DNA of 64,000 bases from Sandaracinaceae bacterium. GTDB taxonomy: Bacteria > Myxococcota_A > Polyangia > Polyangiales > Sandaracinaceae. Of this stretch, positions 29,212 through 38,892 are shown piece after piece. How positions within the stretch are numbered: position 1 is the first letter of the stretch; each line of letters opens with the position of its first letter. A program made the translations under genes and the position numbers. A model generated the notes under the pieces. It ran no database searches. It saw nothing but the letters and a program-made list of their open reading frames with translations, and had not been told where the DNA came from. The stretch covers positions 1 through 64,000 of the forward strand of contig JBGAQA010000004.1 of assembly GCA_044220955.1 (NCBI GenBank), written 5' to 3'.

Positions 29212-30264
29212 TCACTCGCCGAGCCACTCGCAGACCCAGTTGCCCGGCAGGCACGCGTGCGGCGCCGAGCTCGGGCACGCCATGTCGCTCGTCGTGCAGC
29301 GCACCTCGCACGTGCGTGCTCCGTCCGCGCGCTGTACGCAGTCCAGCCCCGCGTCGCACTCGGCGCTCGTGGTGCATGGGTGGCGGATCGCGCCGTTGAG
29401 CTCGATCGCCCACGCGCACTGGCGGTTTCCTTCGGTCACCGGCGGGCACGTCATGCCCGCGGGGCACGGGTGTGCGTCGTCGCACGCGTCGTTCGCCGAG
29501 GTGGCGCAGATCCAGCCGAGGTTCGGGTCCGACGTGCACGTCTCGCTGGTCGGGCACGAGAGGCGGAGGTCGCTGCCGACGCCGGGCGTCTCGCAGGGGT
29601 CCGCGCAGAAGCGCGCGCACGCCGCGTCGCCGCGCACGGCGAGGCAGCGGAGGTCGGGCGCGCACTCGCAGTCGCGGTGGCACATGCCGCCGCGCGCCGT
29701 CGTGCCGGGGACCGCGCACGCGGGGATCGAGGTCGGGTCGATGGTGTAGGCGATCGCCGTGCTGCCTGCTGCGATCGTCCACGCGCCGGCCCTGAGATCG
29801 GGGATCGCCACGTCGCGCTCGTACGCCGCGCCGATGCTCGCGCAGTCGGTGCGCCCGTGCTCGTGCCAGACGTGCGGCGTGATCGTGATCGTCATCGCGC
29901 TCGGGTCGATCGCCACGTCGACGGGCCCGGGCGTGTCGCACGACGAGAAGTAGTGGATGCCCACGCGCAGCATCGCCGTCGCGCCCTCGTTCTCGGCGCA
30001 GCGCTCGACGGTCACGATCAGGTCCACCACCGCCGGCTCGAGCGTGAAGTAGCGCTCGCCTGGATCGAACGCGTCCACGGGCACGGCCGCGTCCGCTCCG
30101 GCGTCCGGCGCGTCGGCACCCGTCCCCGCGTCGTCGACCGACGCCGCGTCGGGCCGCGCCCCGGTGTCCTCGATCTCGTGAGCGCTCGCGCACGAGCACC
30201 CCGAGGCGAGCCCGGCGGCGAGCGCGAGCGGGAGGAGCGCAAGAATCATCCATCGAGGAGTCAT
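29212..30264 (-). CDS. Cys-rich lipoprotein
   Basis: Lipobox ASGC; DAG linker; many Cys repeats. Confidence 0.75.
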   Translation of the reverse strand: MTPRWMILALLPLALAAGLASGCSCASAHEIEDTGARPDAASVDDAGTGADAPDAGADAAVPVDAFDPGERYFTLEPAVVDLIVTVERCAENEGATAMLRVGIHYFSSCDTPGPVDVAIDPSAMTITITPHVWHEHGRTDCASIGAAYERDVAIPDLRAGAWTIAAGSTAIAYTIDPTSIPACAVPGTTARGGMCHRDCECAPDLRCLAVRGDAACARFCADPCETPGVGSDLRLSCPTSETCTSDPNLGWICATSANDACDDAHPCPAGMTCPPVTEGNRQCAWAIELNGAIRHPCTTSAECDAGLDCVQRADGARTCEVRCTTSDMACPSSAPHACLPGNWVCEWLGE

Positions 30265-30268
30265 CGCG

Positions 30269-31351
30269 TCACCTCACGTCGAGCAGCGCGCTCGCCTCGG
30301 CGAGGCGCTCGCTCGTGATCCGCGACCGCAGCTTCTCGGCGCGGAACTGCAGCTTGGCCCGGTCTCCGTCGTCGAGCAGGCGGATCTCGTCGAGCGTGCG
30401 CGCGTTCTCCAGCATCGCCGGGAGCAGCGCCGCGTAGCGCAGGGCGCCCTCGTCCATGGCGCTCGGCAGCGCCTCGTCGCGCCCGCCGTCGAGCGCGCGG
30501 GTCTGCGCCATCTCGACGAGCAGCTGCACGGCGATCGACACCAGCTTGGCATCCGCCTGCAAGAGCGGCAGCGAGATCGCCTTCGCGAGCGCGCTCGCCG
30601 CGCGCCACTCGTCCTTCGACACGAGCTCGCGCGCGATGGCCCCGCGGATGCCCGCGTCGGAGAGCACGGCGAGCGACGCGAGCCCGAAGCGGAAGCGCGG
30701 CCGCTCGGCGACGGTCAGGAGCTCCGTGACCGGCGAGCGCGAGACGAGCGCCTCGAGCCGCCCGCGCAGCCCGAGCTCGGTGCGCTCGTCGACCGCGTCC
30801 ACGAGCTCCACGAGCCGCGCGAGCTTCTCCTCCTGCCGCGGCAGCATGAAGCGCGGCATCACGTCGCTCGTCCACGGGATCGCGCGCCCCTTGAAGCGGT
30901 ACGTGTAGAGCCACGTCTTGAGCACGACGTCCTTGCGCCGCGCCTCGAGCAGGGGCCCCACGAGCGCGTGCCGGGCGAGCGCGTCGCCGCGCGTGGTCGG
31001 CGCCGGCACGAGCGCGAGCCAGCGATCGGTCCACGCGAGGATCGTCTTGCGCGCGCCGCGCGCGAAGAGGCCGTCCAGCGAGGGATCGGTGAGCGCGAGC
31101 AGGTCGTGCGCCGCCGCGGCGAGCGCGATGAGCCCGGGCGAGGGCCAGGGCACGGTCTCGACGGGCACGATCCCGCTCGCCGCGCGGTGAAGCGCGTCGA
31201 AGATCCGCTCGTCCACCTCGGGCGAGGTCGCGCTCGTGTCGACGAAGAACGAGAAGCACCCGGGCGCGATCGGCCGGTCGAGCTCGCCCGCGCCGCCCTC
31301 GACGACGGGCAGCACGAAGCGCCCGACCAGCGCGTCGTACGCCTCCTGCAT
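30269..31351 (-). CDS. Conserved helical hypothetical protein; candidate FtsH/vWA/MoxR ternary-system component (fvmX6-like)
   Basis: Long GC3-biased ORF (LVGRFVLPVVEGG…AHDLLALTDP…LVSRSPVT). Family call is from recall and context only; start uncertain. Confidence 0.5.
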   Translation of the reverse strand: MQEAYDALVGRFVLPVVEGGAGELDRPIAPGCFSFFVDTSATSPEVDERIFDALHRAASGIVPVETVPWPSPGLIALAAAAHDLLALTDPSLDGLFARGARKTILAWTDRWLALVPAPTTRGDALARHALVGPLLEARRKDVVLKTWLYTYRFKGRAIPWTSDVMPRFMLPRQEEKLARLVELVDAVDERTELGLRGRLEALVSRSPVTELLTVAERPRFRFGLASLAVLSDAGIRGAIARELVSKDEWRAASALAKAISLPLLQADAKLVSIAVQLLVEMAQTRALDGGRDEALPSAMDEGALRYAALLPAMLENARTLDEIRLLDDGDRAKLQFRAEKLRSRITSERLAEASALLDVR

Positions 31352-31436
31352 CTTGCGCGCGTCGGCCAAGCGCGCCTCAGTCCTTGCCCAGCCGCCGGAG
31401 CGACGCCTGGGGGCTTCGTCCGCTACGCTCTTTGGA

Positions 31437-32360
31437 GTGACCACCTCGCGCGCGCTCGTTTGTTGGGTGATTGGAGCGGTCCTGCTGCTGGGCGGACCGG
31501 TCACCAGCGCGCGCGCGGACGGCTGCGGCTGCGGCTGCCTGTTCAACGTTCAGCCCTTTTTCGCGGGCACCAGGCCCGGCCCGCACGCCGTCACGTCGAG
31601 CGCACGGCTGTTCGCGCAGCTCCAGGCGTACGACGCGAGCACCGTCAGTCTCGTCGATGACGCGGACGTGCCGGTCGCTTTCACGCTGACACCCGCAGAC
31701 GACTCCGGCGGCACCGCGTTCTGGCTGACGCCCGATGCGTCGCTCGGTCTGGGCAGGCATTACCGGCTCACGGCGACACGCAGGGACGGGTCCGTGTTCC
31801 GGACGGAGCTCGTCGTCGATGCCACGGTCGGACGCACGCCGCCGTCCGTGACGGGCCTTCGCGTCCGACTTCCCGAGTCTGCGCCTCCGCGGCTGTGCGG
31901 CGATCTCAGGGGACTGATCGTCGAGTGGGACGCGCTCCACGAGGTGCTCCTCGAGGATGCCGTGGTCGAGGTCGAGGTGCAGCGTGCCGGCGCAGTGATC
32001 GGCCGGACCTTCGCGCGAAGCGTCCCGTATCCCGACGGGACCACTACCCGCTGGCTCGGCGCGGGCGCGGACCCGGATTGCGTCGGCGGCGCCTGGCTTC
32101 CGGATCTCGACGGTGACCTGCTGGATGCGCGGCTTCGTGTCTGGGACCAGGCCGGCCAAGCGACCGGGTGGATCGAGGTGTCCTTCGAGCCGGTGGTGCT
32201 GGGCGTCGGGAGCCCACCGCCCTGTCCGGCGAGGAGCTGCACCGCGACGGGCGCACGATCGCGCCCCGATGCGTTCTGCTGGGCAATCGCGCTCGCGGCG
32301 TTGGTGCACCGCGGATGCCTCACGCGCTCGCGAGGGCGCGTTGCGGATCCGGGATCGTGA
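31437..32360 (+). CDS. Secreted hypothetical protein with possible MYXO-CTERM-like tail
   Basis: Signal peptide ARA/D, CGCGC; C-terminal SC…hydrophobic…basic tail; more A/T-ending codons than its neighbours. Confidence 0.55.
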   Translation: MTTSRALVCWVIGAVLLLGGPVTSARADGCGCGCLFNVQPFFAGTRPGPHAVTSSARLFAQLQAYDASTVSLVDDADVPVAFTLTPADDSGGTAFWLTPDASLGLGRHYRLTATRRDGSVFRTELVVDATVGRTPPSVTGLRVRLPESAPPRLCGDLRGLIVEWDALHEVLLEDAVVEVEVQRAGAVIGRTFARSVPYPDGTTTRWLGAGADPDCVGGAWLPDLDGDLLDARLRVWDQAGQATGWIEVSFEPVVLGVGSPPPCPARSCTATGARSRPDAFCWAIALAALVHRGCLTRSRGRVADPGS

Positions 32361-32375
32361 TTCCTCGTCACCCTC

Positions 32376-33884
32376 TCAGTCCTTGTTGTCTTCGCTCTGC
32401 CCCACGACGCCCCAGAGCGGGAAGCTCGTCTCCGGCCCGTAGGCGACGAGCGGGAGCGTCGGATCGTGGCGGTCGGGCGCGTCCGCGTGCACGAGCTTGC
32501 CGCCCACGTCGCGCAGGACGGTGCGCGAGACCGGGCCGAACGCCTCGTCGGGAACGATGCGCGGCTGCTCCTGCCCGGGCTCGAAGAACGCGTGGCCGGT
32601 GCCGCGGTCGGAGAGCAGCTCGGTCAGCACGGACGGCGACACCGCGGGCACGAGCGCCATCCCCGCCGGCACGTAGATGCGGTCGGCGACCTCCGAGTAG
32701 AAGCGGCCGAGCGGCACCGTCTCGATGCCGCGCTGGTCGACGAGGAAGATCGCCTTCTCGGTGATCGCCATCCTCAGCGAGGCCAGCGTGTGGCTCGGCA
32801 AGAGATACAGCATCTTCGAGAGCCACTCGCGCTCGGCGATGGGCACCACCGACGCGACCACGCGGCGGGCGGGCGCGAGCGTCGGCGCCAGGCGCAGCGA
32901 GACGTCCACGAGCGCCGCGCGGACGCTGGCAGGCACGAGCTCGGCGACGTTGCGCGCGTCCTCCCGCGCGAGCTCGGCGCGCACGAGCGTGCGGACGGCC
33001 GAGAGCGGCGGCAGGGGGTCGAGGCTCAGGACGGTCCCGTCGCCGCGGAACATCGTGAGGCTGTTCTCGGCGAAGAGCGACGAGCACGCGTCGAGCGAGA
33101 TCGGGTGCTTGAAGCCGAGCTCCACCGCGAAGCGGCGCCCGACCGGCTCGAAGACGCTCACGCCCGGGAGCGAGCGCAGGAGGCCCAGCACGCGCGCGGG
33201 CGGGTCGTCCACGTCGAGGACGTGCAGGCGCCGCGGCCGCTCGTCGAACGCGCTCTCGCTCGGCCACTCCGCCAAGCCCACCGAAGCCTTCACGCGCCAG
33301 CGGAAGAGGTAGCCCACGATCGCGTGCCCCACGCCGGTCTCCGCGGTCACGAGCACGCGCGTCGGCGTCGTGCGCTCGCGCGGCGGGATCGAGAAGGGCT
33401 GCAGCTTCAGCACCAGCTCGCGGAACGGGATCTCGCGATCGAACGCGTACGCCTGGCGCCACGCGTCGTGGTGGAGCACCACGTCGGCGCTGCTCTCGGT
33501 CAGCGAGACCACGTCGTAGCCGAGCGGCGCCGACGCGTCGCGGTACTTCACGAAGTGGCGCGTCGTGCCGGTGAACGCCTCGCCGCCCGCCAGCCGCGCG
33601 ACCGCCGCGACGCGATCCATGCGGTAGCTCGACTCGGCCCCGAGGGAGACGAGCACCTCCTTGGTCTTGAGCGGGCTCGTCACGCGCCTGATCGAGAGGG
33701 TCGGGAGCACCTCCTCGAGCGAGCCCTCGTCGCCGTACGCGCGGAAGAACGCGACCACGCGATCGAGCGAGCTGAAGAGGAGCACGCCCTTGCTCCCGAG
33801 CACGACGCCGCGCGAGTCGGGCGCGATCCCGGGCGTGCGGAAGCGCGTCTGGTGCAGGGCCGCGCGCTCGAGGATCGGGCTCAT
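32376..33884 (-). CDS. Conserved hypothetical protein; candidate FtsH/vWA/MoxR ternary-system component (fvmX7-like)
   Basis: 502-aa GC3-biased ORF (HQTRFRTPG…FVKYRDASAPLGYD…ELGFKHPI…FPLWG). Family call is from recall only. Confidence 0.5.
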   Translation of the reverse strand: MSPILERAALHQTRFRTPGIAPDSRGVVLGSKGVLLFSSLDRVVAFFRAYGDEGSLEEVLPTLSIRRVTSPLKTKEVLVSLGAESSYRMDRVAAVARLAGGEAFTGTTRHFVKYRDASAPLGYDVVSLTESSADVVLHHDAWRQAYAFDREIPFRELVLKLQPFSIPPRERTTPTRVLVTAETGVGHAIVGYLFRWRVKASVGLAEWPSESAFDERPRRLHVLDVDDPPARVLGLLRSLPGVSVFEPVGRRFAVELGFKHPISLDACSSLFAENSLTMFRGDGTVLSLDPLPPLSAVRTLVRAELAREDARNVAELVPASVRAALVDVSLRLAPTLAPARRVVASVVPIAEREWLSKMLYLLPSHTLASLRMAITEKAIFLVDQRGIETVPLGRFYSEVADRIYVPAGMALVPAVSPSVLTELLSDRGTGHAFFEPGQEQPRIVPDEAFGPVSRTVLRDVGGKLVHADAPDRHDPTLPLVAYGPETSFPLWGVVGQSEDNKD

Positions 33885-33952
33885 CGAGCGGGAGCGTAGC
33901 AGGGCGCCGCCGCGCCCTCGACGCGGCCCACCCCGCGGGCGACGATGCGCGC

Positions 33953-34429
33953 ATGCCCACGGTGAACCCGAGCCTCGACGAGATGGCGCGCTTCGAGCGA
34001 GAGACGCCCGACGACGCGCCCATCGTGATGCTGAACCTCCTGCGCTTCCGGGACGAGGCCGACTACGGGCCCGAGGGACCGCGCGGCGTGCCCGGGAAGA
34101 AGGCGTACGCCGCCTACAGCCGCGCAGTCATGCCGCTGCTCCTCGAGGTCGGCGGGCTGCCGCTCTGGATGGGCCGCGCGCGCGCGAGCGTGATCGCGCC
34201 CGAGGACGAGACGTGGGACGAGGTGCTGCTCGTACACTACCCGTCGCGCCGGGCGTTTCTCCGGATGGTGCGCTCGCCCGCCTATCGAGAGGTCATGCGC
34301 CATCGCACGGCGGCGCTCGCGGACTCGCGCCTGGTCGAGACGCGACCTGCATTCTTGCCGCGCTGGCTCCTGCGCGCGGGCCGGCTCGCCGTGCGCGCGA
34401 AGGCGCTCGTGGCGCCCGGCGTTCGATGA
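33953..34429 (+). CDS. DUF1330-family protein
   Basis: PIVMLNLLRFR, WDEVLLVHYPS, HRTAALADSRL. Confidence 0.8.
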   Translation: MPTVNPSLDEMARFERETPDDAPIVMLNLLRFRDEADYGPEGPRGVPGKKAYAAYSRAVMPLLLEVGGLPLWMGRARASVIAPEDETWDEVLLVHYPSRRAFLRMVRSPAYREVMRHRTAALADSRLVETRPAFLPRWLLRAGRLAVRAKALVAPGVR

Positions 34430-34436
34430 CCGCGTT

Positions 34437-35618
34437 CTACCTGGGTGCAGGCTGAGCCAGGGCGCGCGCGAGGTCCGCGATCGCCGCGGCCCGACGGCCG
34501 GCGCGGCCGCGTCCCGCCGCGCGCGGCGCGAGGCCGCGCTCCTCGGACAGGCTCTCGGGCGTCCCGGTGCGGCGGTTCTCGAGCATCCGGAACACGAGCC
34601 GCAGGTCGAGCCGCTCCGGGATCGGCAGCCCCGCGCCGCGGAGCGCGTGGACGGCGTGCGTCCCCCAGTGGACCACGACGTCGCCTTCGCCGACGAGCTG
34701 GCGCCACGCGTCGAGCAGCTCCGCGCCGTCCGTGCCCGCCGCGAGCGTGTCCGCGTCGAGCTCCGCGTGGGCGGTCGTCCCGGGCGCGAGGACACCTCGC
34801 GTCCGGACCACGCGGTCGAGCCGCCGGCCGTCCTCCACGCGCTCGGCGACCAGGTGTACGAGCTCTCCGTGCGGCTCGCGGGCACGCTCCGGCGTGCCGT
34901 GCGGCCACGCGCTCGACTCGACCGACACGCACACCAGCGCATCCCGCCGCGTGAGGAGCGGCTCGGGCACGGGCGGCTTCTTGCGCTCGACCCCGCGCGG
35001 CCGTCGCGCGCGTGGCGCGTGGAGGCGGCTCGCGTGCTCGATCTGCGCGTCGATCATCGCGCGGAACGGCGCCAGCATCGCGGCGAAGCGTGCCGGGTCG
35101 TCCTCGAGCGTGCCCAGCACGTGGGCGAGCGCCTCGATCGTCGAGACGTAGTCCTCCCGCGGCTCGCGCCGGATGCGGTACTCGCTCGGGGCATGCGGGA
35201 CGAACGTCAGTCGCGGCAGCGCCGCGAGCGCGGTCGATGCGCGCACCACGTTCTTCGCGTGGGACCACGTACCGTCGACGACCACGAGCGTCCGCGGTCG
35301 CGCGTCGCCGAGCGCGGCGAGGTCGGTCGCGTCCTGCCCCGGGTAGAGGAGCGCGGCCCGCTCCGGCGACTGCCCCAGGATGCGCGCGAGCGCGTCGTCG
35401 CTCCAGCGAGCGCCGACGTGGAGCTCGGCCCCCGCGATGCAGAGGCTCGCCATGCGCGCCGTGCCGATGGCGACCCTGCGCTCGCGCGGGTGCTGCAGGA
35501 TCACGACGCGCGTGCGGGTCGCCAGCGCAGGCAGGTGCGCGCAGTAGCAGAGGCGCTCGGGGCGCAGGCACCGCGCGCAGCTCGGGCGCGGCTCGAAGCT
35601 CGACGTGCTCACGCTCAC
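34437..35618 (-). CDS. DTW-domain protein (tRNA-uridine aminocarboxypropyltransferase family) with C-terminal extension
   Basis: CARC…CYC, LQHPRE, LLYP, VDGTW, YRIRREP, STIEA. Confidence 0.85.
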   Translation of the reverse strand: MSVSTSSFEPRPSCARCLRPERLCYCAHLPALATRTRVVILQHPRERRVAIGTARMASLCIAGAELHVGARWSDDALARILGQSPERAALLYPGQDATDLAALGDARPRTLVVVDGTWSHAKNVVRASTALAALPRLTFVPHAPSEYRIRREPREDYVSTIEALAHVLGTLEDDPARFAAMLAPFRAMIDAQIEHASRLHAPRARRPRGVERKKPPVPEPLLTRRDALVCVSVESSAWPHGTPERAREPHGELVHLVAERVEDGRRLDRVVRTRGVLAPGTTAHAELDADTLAAGTDGAELLDAWRQLVGEGDVVVHWGTHAVHALRGAGLPIPERLDLRLVFRMLENRRTGTPESLSEERGLAPRAAGRGRAGRRAAAIADLARALAQPAPR

Positions 35619-35675
35619 GACGGGGAGTCCTGGGTAGTACGCCTTTCACCGTGCTCGCGGTAGTCTCCCCGCCAT

Positions 35676-36146
35676 ATGAGCGCGATCGATGCGGTCGGGA
35701 TCGAGGCGAGGCAGGTCTTGCTCGAGGTGATGATGAGCGTCGCGTGGGCCGATCGCGAGCTCGCGCCCGAGGAGCGGCAGGCGGCGAACGCGGCGGCGCT
35801 CGCGCTCGGGCTCGTCAATCCGGGCGAGCGCGACGTGATCTCGCCCGAGCGCAGGCCCATCCCGGTCGAGGAGATCGACGTCACGGCCCTCAAGGAGCGG
35901 GATCGCGAGCTCGTCTATCTCTGCGCGGCGTGGATGGCGATGGCCGACAGCATCGAGCAGTCCGAGGAGACGCAGCTCCTGGTCCGGATGCGGGAGAAGC
36001 TCGCGATCGGCGCCGAGCGCGCGGGCTGGCTGATGGCGCGCGCCGTGGACCTGCGCAAGAAGCAGGCGCTCGAGCGGGCCTCGTGGTGGCGCGCCTTCGA
36101 TCGGCTCGTCGTCGAGGCGGCGCGCGCGCTGCCCCGCTCGGGGTGA
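35676..36146 (+). CDS. TerB-like protein
   Basis: VAWADRELAPEE and MAMADSIEQSEE duplicated motifs. Confidence 0.7.
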   Translation: MSAIDAVGIEARQVLLEVMMSVAWADRELAPEERQAANAAALALGLVNPGERDVISPERRPIPVEEIDVTALKERDRELVYLCAAWMAMADSIEQSEETQLLVRMREKLAIGAERAGWLMARAVDLRKKQALERASWWRAFDRLVVEAARALPRSG

Positions 36147-36544
36147 CGAGCTTGCGCTGGGCGCTCCTGCTCCTCTTCCTCGTCGGGGTCTCGGCGTCGC
36201 GCGTGTCGGCAGACGACGAGGCGCTGCGCGCGAGGCTCGACGCGCTCGGCACCATCGCCGAGCCCGAGGCCGATCTCGCGCGGGCCGCGCGCGCGGCGCT
36301 CGAGCGCGCCTCGGCCGACCGCTCACGCGGCGACGAGCCCGCTGCGGCGCGAGCCGAGCGGATCGCGGAGGCCACGATCGGCCTGATCGAGCGCCGGCGT
36401 GCGCGCGCGGGGGCCGAGCAGAGGCGGCGCGTGGCCGAGCGCGAGCGCGACGCGCTGCGCGCCCGGGTGGAGCAAGCGCGGGGCGCGGCCGCGAGCGATG
36501 CGCGCGAGCGCGAGCGCCTCGATCCCGCGAGGACGACGCCGTGA
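36143..36544 (+). CDS. Secreted helical protein
   Basis: Signal peptide; GTGA coupling on both sides; coiled coil. Confidence 0.55.
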   Translation: MTSLRWALLLLFLVGVSASRVSADDEALRARLDALGTIAEPEADLARAARAALERASADRSRGDEPAAARAERIAEATIGLIERRRARAGAEQRRRVAERERDALRARVEQARGAAASDARERERLDPARTTP

Positions 36545-37692
36545 GGTGGGCGCTGGTCGCGCTGGCGCTGCTGGGCGCCTGCGGAGGCGCGCCGCGCGCC
36601 GCCGCGACGCTCGACGCGGACCTCGAGGCCATCGGTCTCGACGCCGCGAGCACGCGCGCTCCGGACCTCGCGAGCGCGGCGCGGAGCGCGGCGGACCAGG
36701 CCCGCGCGGCGGACGCACGCGGCGACGCGGCCGCGGCGGCCGACGAGGCCACGCTCGCGCGTCTGTTCGCGCAGGCGGCCGTCGAGGAGTCGGCGCGCCT
36801 GTCGGCCGACGACGCGCGTCTCGCGGCCGAGCGCGAGACGCTCGACGCGGAGGCGGCGCTGCACGCGGCGGAGGCCGGGAGCGCCGAGAGCGCCGCCGCG
36901 CTCGCCCGGCTCGCGGCGGCGCGCACGGCGCGAGAAGAGGGTGCACGGGCGCTCGCGCGCGCGGAGATCGACGAGGCGCGCCCCGGTCGCGCGCGACAGG
37001 ACTCGCTGAGCGACGCGGGCGAGATGCGCAGCGCGGCGCGGGCCATCCGCGATCGTGCGCGCCTGCTCTGGTCGGCGGCGCTCGCCCTCGGGGCCCCGCC
37101 CACGACGGAGGTGGACGATCTCATCGCCGCTTCGGACGCCGCAGACGTGCCGATCGAGCAAGTGCGGCTGGCCGACAGGGCGCACGCCGCGGCGCGCGCG
37201 CGCCTCGCCGAGGCCCGGCGCGCCCACCCCGGCGTCGACGCCGCGCGGATCGCTTCCCTCGTCGAGGCGGCCGAGAGCGAGGGCTTCCGCATCGTGCGGC
37301 TCGGCCGCGGGATGGGGATCGAGCTCGACGAGGTGTTCACGGGATCGGCCGTGCGCCCGAGCCGCGCCGCCGAGGGACGGCTCGCGAGGCTCGCGGCGCT
37401 CGTCGCGTCGTACCCGGACGGCCCCGTGCTCGTGGAGATCGACTCGCCGACCGCCGCCGACGCGTCCCGCAGCGCGCCGCAGCGCGCCGCGGCCGTCGTG
37501 CGCGCGCTGGTCGCGGGCGGTGTCGACGCCTCGCGCGTGTCGGCCGCAGATCCGATCGCACCCGACGGCGCGCCGGGCCCCACGTCGCGCGTGCGCGTCG
37601 TGCTCGTCGCCTACCTCGACGCCCTTCCTGCCTCGGGAGGGGCGATCCCGGTCACGAGCGGCGCGAGCGACGCGGACGCCGCCAGCGAGTGA
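36541..37692 (+). CDS. Lipoprotein with coiled coil and degenerate OmpA-like C-terminal domain
   Basis: Lipobox LGAC; QRAAAVVRALVAGGVDASRV. Confidence 0.65.
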   Translation: MRWALVALALLGACGGAPRAAATLDADLEAIGLDAASTRAPDLASAARSAADQARAADARGDAAAAADEATLARLFAQAAVEESARLSADDARLAAERETLDAEAALHAAEAGSAESAAALARLAAARTAREEGARALARAEIDEARPGRARQDSLSDAGEMRSAARAIRDRARLLWSAALALGAPPTTEVDDLIAASDAADVPIEQVRLADRAHAAARARLAEARRAHPGVDAARIASLVEAAESEGFRIVRLGRGMGIELDEVFTGSAVRPSRAAEGRLARLAALVASYPDGPVLVEIDSPTAADASRSAPQRAAAVVRALVAGGVDASRVSAADPIAPDGAPGPTSRVRVVLVAYLDALPASGGAIPVTSGASDADAASE

Positions 37693-37764
37693 TCGAGCAG
37701 GACCCTCGGTCGCGGGCGAAGGGGCACGACGCCCGCGCGACCGGTCGCGAGCGGTGAGCGCGGC

Positions 37765-38817
37765 TCAGCCGATCAGGCGCGCGATCCTCGGAGGAAGCGG
37801 CGCCGTGCTCCCGACGGGGTGCGTGCTCGAGAGGGTGTGCACGAAGAGCAGGCGCCGCCCGCGGCGGGGGCCCCGGGCCGCGCGCACGAGGCTCGCGAAG
37901 GCCTTCTCCGTGTAGGTGGCGTCGAGCGCGAGCCCGCCGACGTCCTCCGCCAGCCGTCCGGCCTCGCGGCCGCTCGGAGTGGGGATCCCGTACCCCCGGC
38001 CGATCTCCGCGTCGTCGAGGATCATGTTGTCGAGGGCGAGCTCCGCGACGTCGGGGAAGCGATCGTCGAGGGAGCGAAGGACGTCGGTCGCCGTGCGCAG
38101 GCGCGAGGCGAGCCACGCGCGGCGCACCACGCCCGCGGGCAGCACCCGGACTCCGACGACGCTCGCCATGACGCCCGCCGCGGCCAAGCCCAGCGCGAGC
38201 CCGGCGAGCGTCCCGCCGCTCCCGAGCGCCACGAAGATCGCGTCCGGCTCGGATCCCTTCGCCTCGAGCAGCTGCCCGGCGAGCTCGAGGCCCGCATCGA
38301 CGTAGCCGATGACCCCGGGGGCTTCCGAGCCGCCGGGCCCGATCACGTAGGGCCGCCTGCCTTGCGCCCGGAGCCTCAGCAAGAGCGCGGCCATCGCCGG
38401 TGCGACCGCCACGTAGACGGGCACCGGGTGGATCTCGGCGCCCGCCGCGATGCTCGCCCTCAGGGTGCTCTCGACGTGCGGCGTGCGCTTCTGCGGGACC
38501 ATCACCGCATGCACGTCCAGGCCGAGCTTGCGCCCGTAGAGGGTCGTCGCGAGCACGTGGTGAGATCCCGCAGCGCCCGTCGTCACGATCGTGTCTGCGC
38601 GCGACTCGAGGGCGTCGGCCAGCAGCCGCTCGAGCTTGCGGACCTTGTTTCCGCCGTACTGCCCGGGCGCACCGGTCAGGTCGTCGCGCTTGATCCAGAT
38701 CTCGCTCGCGAGCGCGTCCGTCAGGTGCGCGGAGCGCTCGAGCGGCGTGGGAAACGCACCGAGCGAGACGTGCGGGAGCGAGCGGAGACGGCTCCAGCGC
38801 TGGGAGAGCACGCTCAT
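37765..38817 (-). CDS. D-cysteine desulfhydrase / ACC deaminase family PLP enzyme
   Basis: IKRDDLT, GGNKVRKLE, GSHH, GSGGT, LDATYTEKA. Confidence 0.9.
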   Translation of the reverse strand: MSVLSQRWSRLRSLPHVSLGAFPTPLERSAHLTDALASEIWIKRDDLTGAPGQYGGNKVRKLERLLADALESRADTIVTTGAAGSHHVLATTLYGRKLGLDVHAVMVPQKRTPHVESTLRASIAAGAEIHPVPVYVAVAPAMAALLLRLRAQGRRPYVIGPGGSEAPGVIGYVDAGLELAGQLLEAKGSEPDAIFVALGSGGTLAGLALGLAAAGVMASVVGVRVLPAGVVRRAWLASRLRTATDVLRSLDDRFPDVAELALDNMILDDAEIGRGYGIPTPSGREAGRLAEDVGGLALDATYTEKAFASLVRAARGPRRGRRLLFVHTLSSTHPVGSTAPLPPRIARLIG

Positions 38818-38892
38818 CGTGAGGTGGCGTCTGCTACCACCTTCGCGCGTTCGTGTCGCGTCCGTCGCGCGATTGACGTACCATGCCCGGCC

